Virus record (IMG/VR): IMGVR_UViG_3300036798_000457
Span: 1-41,610 of that record
Origin: a virus
Lineage: Duplodnaviria; Caudoviricetes
DNA: 41,610 nt
Strand: one strand, 5' to 3'
Shown here: positions 32,891 through 41,610 of the stretch, one piece after another
Position numbering within the stretch: position 1 is the first letter of the stretch
Layout: each line of letters starts with the position of its first letter
The notes under the pieces: generated by a model
What the model saw: only the letters and a program-made list of their open reading frames with translations
Databases searched by the model: none
Told to the model about the DNA's origin: nothing
Program-made: the position numbers and the translations under genes

Positions 32891-33446
32891 TTATGAGCGT
32901 TACGAAGCCAGCGTGACGCCGATGACCCTGACGGTGCAGGGTGATGCCGGCGGGTTTCAGGTCGCGCTGGTCGCGCATGTCGATGACGAGAGCAATGTCG
33001 ACGTGCAGCTTGACCGGATGCGTCGGTCGTTTATCCGCCAGGAAGCGCATATGCGTTTGACGTTGGTGATGGCCGATCTTGAGCAAAAGCGCCAGGAGCT
33101 GCGCGATACGCCGGTTGTGCTTGAGGCGATCCAGCGAACTTACGCGATCGAGCATGCCGAGATGATTGCCTCATTCCAAGGGATCTGGAACGGGCGCAAT
33201 CGGCTCGGCGCCTATAAGCCATCGACCACCGAGCGCGCGAACCTCGACAAGCTCAAGATCGACGCCGATGCCAAGATCGCCAAGGTCAAGGCACAGACCG
33301 AAAGCCTCCCTCTCCTGATCAAGCAGTACGAGGAAAGGATTGCCAACCTGAGGAACATGATCGACGGCAAGGACAAGCACGTGACGATAGAAGAGGCTTT
33401 TGCGCGGCGGTCTCTGGTCGAGCGTCCGCCGGAAGCCGCTGAGTAA
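32880..33446 (+). CDS. Hypothetical coiled-coil late protein
   Basis: 188 aa, in operon. Confidence 0.75.
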   Translation: MSIDYERYEASVTPMTLTVQGDAGGFQVALVAHVDDESNVDVQLDRMRRSFIRQEAHMRLTLVMADLEQKRQELRDTPVVLEAIQRTYAIEHAEMIASFQGIWNGRNRLGAYKPSTTERANLDKLKIDADAKIAKVKAQTESLPLLIKQYEERIANLRNMIDGKDKHVTIEEAFARRSLVERPPEAAE

Positions 33447-33449
33447 GCC

Positions 33450-34520
33450 ATGCCCCGTCCTGCCGCGAGCATTCTGCGGGAGGCGCTGCGCATCTCTAAG
33501 ACGGGACAGCTGATCGGCTCCTCGATGGCGGGGTACATCATCGATGCGCTCGATGCCCTCAACTCGGCGCTTGATTTTCTGACCGAGACCATCGATCTCG
33601 CCAAGGCGACCAAGACGTTCAACTTTACCTTTGCGCCCAATCTGGTAACGGCGGGCGCCGGCAATATTGTCACGGCGGCGGCAAATCCGTTGCCGATCGA
33701 TTATCTGCGAGTGCAGACCTCGGGCGGTTCCACCGGCGCTCAGCGCTCGACCAAGTGGTATTTGAATGGTGTTCCCTACGACATGATCGAGATCGATCTC
33801 ACCGAGTGGGACGATCAGGTGCAGCAGGCGGGGATCCAGTCCTATCCCTACTACTGTGCCAAGGATATGTCGGGCGGCAGCATCCTGTTTAACTTTCAGG
33901 GAGATCTCAACAGCGCAACCAACGTGGTCAACAATGTCGCGACATCCAACCCGCTGCTCGGCACATCAACCCCCGGTGTTCCATCCGGCTTGGCCCCGGG
34001 GATGAGCCTCGCTGGGGGGATCGGTGCGACGACGCCGATTGTGCCCGGTACGACCATTGTTGCGGTCAACAGCGCGGCAAACCAGATCACCCTTTCGGTC
34101 CCGCCGACCTATCTCAACGGCTCGCCCGGCACAGCCTGGTCGGGACAGGCGGTGCAGGCGTCGCTGATGGCGGGGTATCCCGCCAATCTCTTGATCTACC
34201 CGCCGCCCTCGGGCGCCTTTAACGCGATGATCCGCTACCAGTGCTATATGCCGCCCTTGACCCAGGCGCAGGTCAATGGCGGGGCCTATGCGTGGTATCC
34301 CGACGATACCTCGCTGGTCGACCTTGTCGCCAAACGGCTGATGGCGTTGGCTGATGATCAGCGCATGGGCGAGTACGTCGCGCTGACCCGGCAACTCGTC
34401 GGCGAGTATCGCCGCCATGAGGGCGACCGGGCGAACAGAGCCCAAACGGTTTTGATGGATAGCCGTAGTTTTGGCAAGGATTTCAGTAACTTAAGGAACA
34501 CGAAGACCATAGGTTGGTAG
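33450..34520 (+). CDS. Putative head-tail adaptor/tail tubular protein with inserted beta module
   Basis: PLPIDYLR, YPYY, LLIYPPPS..F...IRY pattern; position before the nozzle gene. Confidence 0.65.
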   Translation: MPRPAASILREALRISKTGQLIGSSMAGYIIDALDALNSALDFLTETIDLAKATKTFNFTFAPNLVTAGAGNIVTAAANPLPIDYLRVQTSGGSTGAQRSTKWYLNGVPYDMIEIDLTEWDDQVQQAGIQSYPYYCAKDMSGGSILFNFQGDLNSATNVVNNVATSNPLLGTSTPGVPSGLAPGMSLAGGIGATTPIVPGTTIVAVNSAANQITLSVPPTYLNGSPGTAWSGQAVQASLMAGYPANLLIYPPPSGAFNAMIRYQCYMPPLTQAQVNGGAYAWYPDDTSLVDLVAKRLMALADDQRMGEYVALTRQLVGEYRRHEGDRANRAQTVLMDSRSFGKDFSNLRNTKTIGW

Positions 34521-34531
34521 GGTGGTAACGG

Positions 34532-36448
34532 ATGCCGAGCCCTGCAGCGCCAACGATCTTTAGACCGCAAACCCTTTCGGACGCTGTCGATTCGACAAAT
34601 GGTCCGCAAGGCGGGATGCAGCTTCTGCAGAACTTTGTCCCGGCCTCGTTCAACCGCAACATCATGGTGCCGCGTCCGGCGGCGGTGCAGGTCACCAGCT
34701 TTGCCGGGTTTAATGCGCCGACCAATGTCGAGCTGCAGTTTGTCGTCGGCGCCCGGATTTATGGGATGGTGCAGTCCGGCCGAAATCCCGGCAAGTCGGA
34801 GCCGTTTGTCTTTAATTATCAGACCTCCAGCTTTGTCACGGTCAGCAATATCACTGCGGCCAACACGCCTACCCAAACCGCGAATACCGGTGGGTGGACC
34901 CCGCCGATAGCGGCGCAGATCGGCGGGGTGATTATTGTGACGCATCCCGGATTTACTAGTCCGGGTAACGTCATGGGTTGGTTTGATGTATCGGGGTTTA
35001 CCTCGTCGACCATCACCGGCGCGACGCATTCCAATACCGTGATCACCGGTCTGTCGTTCAACCCGATCCAGGCCGGGTGGACGGTCGGCATGACGATCAG
35101 CTCGAGCTTGGGCGACATCCCGGCCGGGACGGTGATTGTCAGCATGACCGCGACGACGGTGACCCTCTCCAACGCGGCAACGGCAACCAACGCCACTGTG
35201 ACGCTGACGGTGGCGGGGGGAACCTTGGCCGCGCCCTTGTGGACCGCCGGCAACATAAACGGGAACCCGCTGCCTGCGGTCCCGGTCTCGGTGGCGAACT
35301 TTAACGGGCGGGCCTATTACGCGGTCGGCACCACCCTGCAGTTCTCCGATGCCGGATCGCCGCTACAGGACTCAAACAATCCCAATGTCCAAGTCATCAA
35401 TTTCTTGAATGGCCTCAACGTCACGGCGCTGACCACGACGCCGTTCTCCAACCTGACCGGCGGGATCATCCAGGCTCTGATTGCTTTTCAGGGCATATCC
35501 GCGATTTATCAGATCACCGGCGATGCCGCGCTGAACAATCTGCTGGCGCAGATCCTGACCATCGGTGATGGCACGTTTGCCCCCAACGCGATCACCCTGA
35601 TCCCCAATATCGGCACCTGTTTTATCTCGCCCGATGGGGTGCAGTTTATCACCCTGCAGGGCACGGTGACCCCGGCCATCGGGACGCAGGGCGATGGCGT
35701 GGCGCTGCCTTTTATCAATGTCGTCAACCCGTCGCGGATGACGAGCGGATGGAACAACGACACATTGCGGATCGCGGTGGAAACCACCCCTGGTCAGGCT
35801 TCAGGGTTTTGGGACCAGTTCAACTGGGATGCGGGGTTGTGGGCACCGACCCAGATTGTGACCCAAGAATATTGGTTTCACACCAAGCTGAATGCTTGGA
35901 CCGGCCCGCATACCTTTCCCACGACGCAGATCACCGAATCGCAGATTGGCGGCGGGTTTATCGTGTCGTCCTATGCGGCGGGTCCGGGTCTGTGGGGCTC
36001 GGCGGCGGTGCCGACCACGACCGCGAGCTATATCGAGTTGGGCAAGGTGCTGCAGTGTACGGCGACCACCTGTCTCTTGCCCGACAACCAGGCGATGACG
36101 ATGAACGCGCTGATGCAGACGCTGATCGGGTTTGCCTCGGCCACCGGCATGTCGGCGACGGTGATCTGTCAGCGTGAGGACCAGAGCATCCTCGATACCC
36201 TCAATATCCCGGTTAACAGCGTGCCGGGCGGCCCGGTGTGGGATAGCTTTAACTGGGACATGGCGAACTGGGGACAGAACACAGGCAATTTTGTGCAGCA
36301 CTGGATCCCGTGGAAACAACCGCTGTTGTCGAAACAGTTTTTTCTGACGGTGAGTTTCCTCGCCGCGGCCGGCAATATGATGGGCAACATCTACATGCGG
36401 ATCGAAGTATTGGGTTACCCGATCTTGGGACAGGCTGATGCCGCATAG
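34532..36448 (+). CDS. Putative tail nozzle / DNA stabilisation protein
   Basis: 638 aa, beta-rich; propeller-like segments (VANFNGRAYY..GT.LQFSD); WDxFNWD motif twice. Confidence 0.65.
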   Translation: MPSPAAPTIFRPQTLSDAVDSTNGPQGGMQLLQNFVPASFNRNIMVPRPAAVQVTSFAGFNAPTNVELQFVVGARIYGMVQSGRNPGKSEPFVFNYQTSSFVTVSNITAANTPTQTANTGGWTPPIAAQIGGVIIVTHPGFTSPGNVMGWFDVSGFTSSTITGATHSNTVITGLSFNPIQAGWTVGMTISSSLGDIPAGTVIVSMTATTVTLSNAATATNATVTLTVAGGTLAAPLWTAGNINGNPLPAVPVSVANFNGRAYYAVGTTLQFSDAGSPLQDSNNPNVQVINFLNGLNVTALTTTPFSNLTGGIIQALIAFQGISAIYQITGDAALNNLLAQILTIGDGTFAPNAITLIPNIGTCFISPDGVQFITLQGTVTPAIGTQGDGVALPFINVVNPSRMTSGWNNDTLRIAVETTPGQASGFWDQFNWDAGLWAPTQIVTQEYWFHTKLNAWTGPHTFPTTQITESQIGGGFIVSSYAAGPGLWGSAAVPTTTASYIELGKVLQCTATTCLLPDNQAMTMNALMQTLIGFASATGMSATVICQREDQSILDTLNIPVNSVPGGPVWDSFNWDMANWGQNTGNFVQHWIPWKQPLLSKQFFLTVSFLAAAGNMMGNIYMRIEVLGYPILGQADAA

Positions 36449-36459
36449 AGGAGCAAGCT

Positions 36460-36621
36460 ATGCCTGCTCGCGTTAAAAGATTTTCTGCAAAAGAGGACCG
36501 CCAGGCGGCGCACATTGCGGCGTCGGAGAGGGCGCGTGGCAAGTCGGCGAAGGAAGCGAAGAGCATCGGTTACGCAGTTGTCCAAGCACACAAAGGCAAG
36601 AAGAGAAAGCCCCGTAAATGA
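36460..36621 (+). CDS. 53-aa basic protein, ChaB-like (not in ORF track)
   Basis: GAGGAG SD; MPARVKRFSAKEDRQAAHIAASERARGKSAKEAKSIGYAVVQ... Confidence 0.7.
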   Translation: MPARVKRFSAKEDRQAAHIAASERARGKSAKEAKSIGYAVVQAHKGKKRKPRK

Positions 36622-37043
36622 TTGGTCCGGCGCGCTTGCAGGATAAGATCATGCCTGAGCCAAATTCAGGATGCTGGCTTTGGGTTGGTGCTGCTAACCC
36701 TCTCGGGTATGGTTCATTTCGATTGAACGGCAGAACCGTCTCGGCTCATCGCGTGGTATATGAACTCGCCAAAGGGCCGATCTCTATGGGTTTGACTCTA
36801 GATCACAAATGTCGTGTTCGATCTTGCGTTAATCCTGAGCATCTTGAGCCGGTAACCCTCAAAGAGAATATTCTAAGAGGAGAAAGTCCTCAGGCGAGGA
36901 ACGCCCGGAAAGAGTTGTGTATGCATGGTCACCAATTAAGCCCGGACAATCGAGGGCATAGGATGTGCAAAACCTGCGCTCGTCTTTCTTGGCCGGAAAG
37001 AAAGAGGCGTTATACGGAGCGGTTACAACGGAGGAAGAGATGA
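36618..37043 (+). CDS. Free-standing HNH homing endonuclease
   Basis: EPNSGCWLW, GYG, AHRVVYE, LDHKCRVRSCVNPEHLEPVT..EN, C..GH...C..C. Confidence 0.9.
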   Translation: MIGPARLQDKIMPEPNSGCWLWVGAANPLGYGSFRLNGRTVSAHRVVYELAKGPISMGLTLDHKCRVRSCVNPEHLEPVTLKENILRGESPQARNARKELCMHGHQLSPDNRGHRMCKTCARLSWPERKRRYTERLQRRKR

Positions 37044-37273
37044 GAGGCAGGAAACCAAAGGCGGCGGCGGGCATGCCCAAAATGCCCGGTGTAAAGATGC
37101 CCAAGATGCCCAGGACGCCAAGGGTGGCGGCCGGCAAGACGGCGGGAATACCCGTGGGCAGGACACCGGCAGGGCCGTTGGGTCCGCGGCGGCGGACACC
37201 GCGAACCGGTATGCTGGGTCCGGATGCGGGTGTTGGCGATATCGGGATGCTGCGGCGCAGGCCCTTTCGCTGA
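37040..37273 (+). CDS. Small basic Pro/Met/Lys-rich protein
   Basis: GGAGG SD; MPKMPGVKMPKMP repeats. Confidence 0.65.
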   Translation: MRGRKPKAAAGMPKMPGVKMPKMPRTPRVAAGKTAGIPVGRTPAGPLGPRRRTPRTGMLGPDAGVGDIGMLRRRPFR

Positions 37274-37283
37274 GGAGGAAGTG

Positions 37284-37640
37284 ATGGCTGATTCAGACGA
37301 TAGGACGCCCGCTAGCGATAGAACGGCAGCAAGGAATTTAACCAAACTTTTCATGGAGGGCGCATTTGGGTCGGATCCGCTAAAAAGCGATTACGGCTCG
37401 TCATCCAGAATCAGCACGGCTCTTCGTCAAGAATTGGATAAGAAAGGCCTGAAAGGCTTCAAGAAGGGCGGCAAGGTCAAGGCGACCGGCAAAGCCAAGG
37501 TCCATAAAGGCGAGTACGTCCTGAAGAAAGAGGCGGCGCAGAAAATCGGGCCGAAGAAGCTGGCCTCGATGAATCGTGCGCCGCAACACCGAGCCGCAGC
37601 CGACAAGAAGCTGCTGATGAAGACGAGGATGCCGCGATGA
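37284..37640 (+). CDS. Small basic virion-associated protein
   Basis: GAGGAGG SD; FKKGGKV..TG.AKVHKGEYVL motif. Confidence 0.7.
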   Translation: MADSDDRTPASDRTAARNLTKLFMEGAFGSDPLKSDYGSSSRISTALRQELDKKGLKGFKKGGKVKATGKAKVHKGEYVLKKEAAQKIGPKKLASMNRAPQHRAAADKKLLMKTRMPR

Positions 37641-37981
37641 AATCTGTCCTTGCCGCGCCGATGGCGTTGCTGCTGCTCGGCGGGCCGGCCTATGCGCAGA
37701 TCGGGGCGCCCACCGATTGCTCGGGCACCGCTGGCATCACCTCAGCGGCGATCGTCTTTTCGCATCCGCCGGGTCTCTATGTGCTGCTGAACGATCCTTC
37801 GGGCACCGCGACGCTGGCGGTCAACCCAAACGGCGCGGCGGTTGTCGGCGGTTCCGGTTCGGTCGGGATCGCGTCCAACGCGACGCTGTTGCTTAGTGCG
37901 GCGCAGGGCGTACCACCGTGGGCGACGATCAACATTATCGCCTCGGCGGCGGCGACACCTTTTTCTTGTAAATTTCAGTAG
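37637..37981 (+). CDS. Signal-peptide-bearing small beta protein
   Basis: MKSVLAAPMALLLLGGPAYA|Q...; two Cys, one near each end of the mature chain. Confidence 0.7.
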   Translation: MKSVLAAPMALLLLGGPAYAQIGAPTDCSGTAGITSAAIVFSHPPGLYVLLNDPSGTATLAVNPNGAAVVGGSGSVGIASNATLLLSAAQGVPPWATINIIASAAATPFSCKFQ

Positions 37982-37982
37982 C

Positions 37983-38453
37983 GTGAAATTTGGCTGGGAA
38001 CCGGTCGACACGCTGATTGCCGAACCCAATGCGGCTGATCTGCTGCGGGAGCACTACGAAGCGCTTGGAGTCCACAAGGAAAAGCTAAAGCTCGATGTGG
38101 CTTGGGGAGCCTTGTCGGCGGCCGAGGCCGAGGGCCGGTTTCGGGTATGGACCGCGCGTGACGACGGGTTGCTTGCCGGCTATCTCGGGTTATGGATTAT
38201 CCGACACGGTCATTTTCAAGAAACGCTGATGGCGGTCGAGGATTCGTTTTTGCTTTCAGCGCCGTACCGCAAGGGTTGGACGGGCATCCGCATGCTCAAG
38301 GAGGTTATCGCGGCGCTCCGCGAGATGGGGGTGGGGTTGTTGATTATTCATGAGAAGGTGCATTTTGTGGCCGCGCGTGGCGGTCTGGGCAAGCTGTACC
38401 GGCGGCTGGGATTTTATCATTCCGACAATCTGTGGAGCAAGGTGTTGGAATGA
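37983..38453 (+). CDS. GNAT-family acetyltransferase
   Basis: TARDDGLLAGY, EDSFLLSAPYRKGWTGIRML, LYRRLGF. Confidence 0.85.
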   Translation: MKFGWEPVDTLIAEPNAADLLREHYEALGVHKEKLKLDVAWGALSAAEAEGRFRVWTARDDGLLAGYLGLWIIRHGHFQETLMAVEDSFLLSAPYRKGWTGIRMLKEVIAALREMGVGLLIIHEKVHFVAARGGLGKLYRRLGFYHSDNLWSKVLE

Positions 38454-38489
38454 GTGCTATAAGCGAACCCTGACGAGCGGAGACTGCAC

Positions 38490-40697
38490 GTGAGTCTGGG
38501 TAGTTCCGCACCTGCAGGGGCGAGCACGAATCAGCCGCGCCAAGGCGCGAGCGTCTATACGCCCACCAATCAAGGCAATGCCGATATCGCGCTGCAGGGG
38601 ATCGCCAATCAGATCATCGGCGGGTTTGGCAGTAATTTTAGCGGCACGCCGGGTGGAATGGCCTATCCGATTGCGCAAGGATGGCTCGGCGCCGGCACCG
38701 ATCCCAACAATGTTTACTATGGGCAGGCGCTCGGCGGAGCCGAGCAAGCATCAGGCGGCGCGCAAGATGTTTTTAGCAGCGCCATGACGCTGGGCGGTGC
38801 GATCCCCAGCGCTTTTGCCCAGGCTCAAGCGGCCATTGATCCATCGCTTCTGACCCAGGCGATCCAGTATGGCGCCGGCGGGTCGATGCCCTATGTTGAG
38901 CAGCAGGCAGGGGGGCTCGGCGGGTCGGAAAACTGGATAATGAACCAGTTGGGGGGGCTGATCCCGCAATTGACCGGGCAGGCCGTAACTGGGGGGCAAA
39001 CGCTTTTTGGTGATGCCCTCAGTCAGCTGCAGGGCGGGGCCTACCCGCAAGCCGCTCAGGCATCAAATGATTTGTTTGCCCAGGGGCTATATGACCTGCA
39101 GAGCGGGGTTGTCCCGCGGTCAACAGATATCTCGAATCAACTGCTCGACAGTGCCTCGGCGGGGATGGGGTCGCTCTTTCCGACAGCCCTGACAACGGGG
39201 CAGGGGGGACTTGACGAGGTCTTGCAGCAGATCACAAGCGGAATTTATCCGCAGGCATCGGCAAACGCCCAAGACCTGCTCGGCAATGCCGGGAGAGGGA
39301 TGGCGAGTATTTTTCCCCAGGCGATGCAACAGAGCGGTGCGCTCAATACGGCGGGCAACCAGATCCTTGATACAGGGATGCCGCTGGCCGTGGGTGGTGC
39401 GGCGGATCTGTCGCGCTATGGAAAACAAATTCTCGGGACCGCGTTTGATCCGCAGGGGGCGCTTTACGACCAGCTGCAAAACCAGGTCCGGCAGCAATCG
39501 GCGGCAACCGCGGGGGCTGCTGGTCTTGGCGATACTGCGTACGGCGCCTCGACGATCGACAACACGCTGGCGAACTTCAATATCAACTGGCAGAACCAGC
39601 AGCTGCAGCGCCAGGCGACAGGGTTAGGTGCGGCGGAACCCGCCTTTAGTGAGGCGGCAGCGCTGCCGGGAGCGGTTGCCTCATCCGCGATTCCTTCGTT
39701 TCAAGCCGCAACCGCAATGCCGGGGGCCGCGCTAAGTTCATTTCTTCCTTCGTTGCAAACAGGAGCGGCGCTGCCGGGGTCAACGCTGCAATCGCTGATG
39801 ACGGCAGGCGGGCAGGCTGGGCAGTTGCCGGGACAGACCATGTCCTCGTTTTTGTCGTCGTTGCAGGAGGGGGCGGCCTTGCCCGGACAGGCCATGGCCT
39901 CGGCACTGCCCGCGATCCAGGCGGGGGCGGCCTTGCCCGGAGCAACCCTGCAGTCGCTGTCCCCGAGCCTGACGGCGGGATTGAGCATGCCTTACCAACC
40001 CCTGCAGCAGGGGGGTGCGATTGATCAGCAAATAGCTCAACTCACGGCGGCCATAGGGGGAATGCCCGCGTCGGTTGCGGGGCCATACGGCAATCTGCAG
40101 GCACAGGCGGCGGGGCTGCCTTTTGCCCCGTTACAGGGACTCTCGCAAATGACGGGACAGTTGCCGGGGCTTTTTGGCGGCGGTGCGACATTGTCGGGCC
40201 TGCCTTACGGCACCGCTAATACCGGGATGACCAGTGCCCTCAATGCGCTATCGCAAGGCGTCAACATCGGCAACCAGCAGTTTGTCCTGCCGCAGCAGAT
40301 AATGAACGACCTCCAATCCTATCTCGGGTTGGGTCAGTCAGCTTCGGCCTTGAGCGGGAGTCTGGGGCAGATGGGTCAGAACCAGCTGATGCAGTCGCTG
40401 TCGGGGATCGGCGGCGCACTCGGCACCGGCTCGAACCTGCTGTTTGGCAACAGCCTGAGCAGTAGCGGCGGGCTTTTGGGGTCGCTTGGCCTCAACCCAT
40501 TTACCAGCGGGTTGGGGGCAACATCGCAGTACTTCTCGCCGCTTGCCGGCACGCTTGGCGGCGTTGCTGATTTTGGTGGCGGGGCTGATTTAGCGGGCGG
40601 CGCTCTGGCGGGTGGGGCTGGGTTGGCAGCCGCAGGCACGGGGGCTGCCGTAGACGCGGGCAGCTTAGCCTCTCTCTTACCCTTGGCGCTCCTCTAA
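38490..40697 (+). CDS. Internal virion/ejection (pilot-like) protein with 18-aa repeats
   Basis: Gly/Ala/Gln-rich; FDPQGALYDQLQ, WQNQQLQRQ, YLGLGQSA; hydrophobic Gly-rich C-terminus; follows the GNAT gene. Confidence 0.75.
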   Translation: MSLGSSAPAGASTNQPRQGASVYTPTNQGNADIALQGIANQIIGGFGSNFSGTPGGMAYPIAQGWLGAGTDPNNVYYGQALGGAEQASGGAQDVFSSAMTLGGAIPSAFAQAQAAIDPSLLTQAIQYGAGGSMPYVEQQAGGLGGSENWIMNQLGGLIPQLTGQAVTGGQTLFGDALSQLQGGAYPQAAQASNDLFAQGLYDLQSGVVPRSTDISNQLLDSASAGMGSLFPTALTTGQGGLDEVLQQITSGIYPQASANAQDLLGNAGRGMASIFPQAMQQSGALNTAGNQILDTGMPLAVGGAADLSRYGKQILGTAFDPQGALYDQLQNQVRQQSAATAGAAGLGDTAYGASTIDNTLANFNINWQNQQLQRQATGLGAAEPAFSEAAALPGAVASSAIPSFQAATAMPGAALSSFLPSLQTGAALPGSTLQSLMTAGGQAGQLPGQTMSSFLSSLQEGAALPGQAMASALPAIQAGAALPGATLQSLSPSLTAGLSMPYQPLQQGGAIDQQIAQLTAAIGGMPASVAGPYGNLQAQAAGLPFAPLQGLSQMTGQLPGLFGGGATLSGLPYGTANTGMTSALNALSQGVNIGNQQFVLPQQIMNDLQSYLGLGQSASALSGSLGQMGQNQLMQSLSGIGGALGTGSNLLFGNSLSSSGGLLGSLGLNPFTSGLGATSQYFSPLAGTLGGVADFGGGADLAGGALAGGAGLAAAGTGAAVDAGSLASLLPLALL

Positions 40698-41610
40698 TGG
40701 TCGGTATGCCCCTCCTCAACCTCGGCACCGCGCTTGGCGGTCTGTCGCAAGGTTATAACCAGTCGCAGCAGCAATACATGCAGCGGGCACTGCAGCAACT
40801 TGCCTTGCAGCAGGCGCAATCACAGCAGAACGCGGCGAGACTTGCGGGTCTGGGGCTCCAGGGCGGGTTGCTTGGCCGGGGCAATACCGTGCCGCAGATG
40901 GGCGCACAGGCGTCGCTGCCCGGTATCACGCGGACGCCAGGTCAGGCGACGTCGCCGATCCCGCCGCCCTCGCAGCAGCAGCCGCCCAGTGCTGGATCAG
41001 GCGGCGATGCTGTGTATGTGCAGCCCGACGCCGCTTATTTGCCGTGGGCCGAGCAAGCACAGCGCTGGAACCCCGACAAGGCAATTCCCTCTGACCAGAT
41101 GAATCCCGCGCAAGGCAATGGGAATCAGGGTCCGGAAGGATCGATAGGACCGGAAGGTCCGCAGGGTCCGGCAGGACAAGCAGGCCAAGTCATCCCCCTT
41201 TCGCCACAGCAGGGGGGCGACGATACCCCGAGTTGGATGACCACGCCGATTTTTGGCGCCGGTGGAACGGGGACTGTTCTAGGGCAAGGAGGAGGGCAAG
41301 CGCCCTCGCTCGCACCACCGCCGGCCGCGACGACATCGGGCACAGGCGCCAAGCCGACCCGTCCAGCAACCGCGAAACCAGCCGAAGCGCAACCGGCCGA
41401 AAAGGCACCAAGCGCTTCAGGCAATGTCGCGGTTAACGTGGGCAACCAACAGTTTGATGTACCCCAGTTGTTTAATGTCCTTGATCCGTCAAAGCTGGCG
41501 CAAGGTCTGGCGCGTCTGGCGCCGAATGCCGATCCGGCAGACATCTACCAAGCGACCTCTGATCTTTTAAAGCTGTCGAGCGGCAACAAGGCCGAGCAGC
41601 TGCAGGCGGC
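40697..41610 (+). CDS. 5' part of junction-spanning internal virion/ejection protein (continues at 3-590)
   Basis: TAATG coupling; MVGMPLLNLGTALGGLSQGYNQSQQQ...; open to the window end; short Gly-X-Y stretch near 41120-41190. Confidence 0.85.
   Translation, partial: MVGMPLLNLGTALGGLSQGYNQSQQQYMQRALQQLALQQAQSQQNAARLAGLGLQGGLLGRGNTVPQMGAQASLPGITRTPGQATSPIPPPSQQQPPSAGSGGDAVYVQPDAAYLPWAEQAQRWNPDKAIPSDQMNPAQGNGNQGPEGSIGPEGPQGPAGQAGQVIPLSPQQGGDDTPSWMTTPIFGAGGTGTVLGQGGGQAPSLAPPPAATTSGTGAKPTRPATAKPAEAQPAEKAPSASGNVAVNVGNQQFDVPQLFNVLDPSKLAQGLARLAPNADPADIYQATSDLLKLSSGNKAEQLQA
41484..41610. repeat. Terminal direct repeat, copy 2 (circular-assembly overlap)
   Basis: Identical to 1-127. Confidence 0.95.

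Noticed and set aside
38455-38490. Another hammerhead at CTGACGA (38470)
   Set aside because: No matching GAAA box or stems nearby

Overview
The window is an apparently complete, circularly assembled genome (41,483 bp unique) of a GC-rich short-tailed dsDNA phage. Positions 1-127 are identical to 41484-41610, and one ejection-protein ORF runs across that junction. The host is probably a Proteobacterium (inference only). The + strand late arm (23.1 kb through the junction to 7.8 kb) encodes TerL, portal, scaffold, an N4-gp56-like capsid, adaptor and nozzle, small basic proteins, a GNAT, three ejection proteins and an intein-containing PurD-like ATP-grasp enzyme. The largest ejection protein carries a lysozyme-like domain and two ADP-ribosyltransferase-like domains. 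The early arm (7.9-22.9 kb) encodes YqaJ/KTSC/RecT recombination genes, RuvC, an AAA_25 helicase, a displaced tail fibre, a RepL-like initiator with upstream repeats, a ParB/DGQHR-like gene pair, HTH regulators and many small ORFs. I could not recognise an integrase, DNA polymerase or endolysin. Signals missed by the ORF track include a near-perfect chromosomal parS site inside the portal gene, a type II hammerhead ribozyme with a collapsed second copy, an HNH insertion that duplicated and replaced the 5' end of its neighbour, a secreted 4-Cys hairpin peptide, and a candidate anti-Shine-Dalgarno sRNA. All product calls come from motif recognition by eye; no database search was run.
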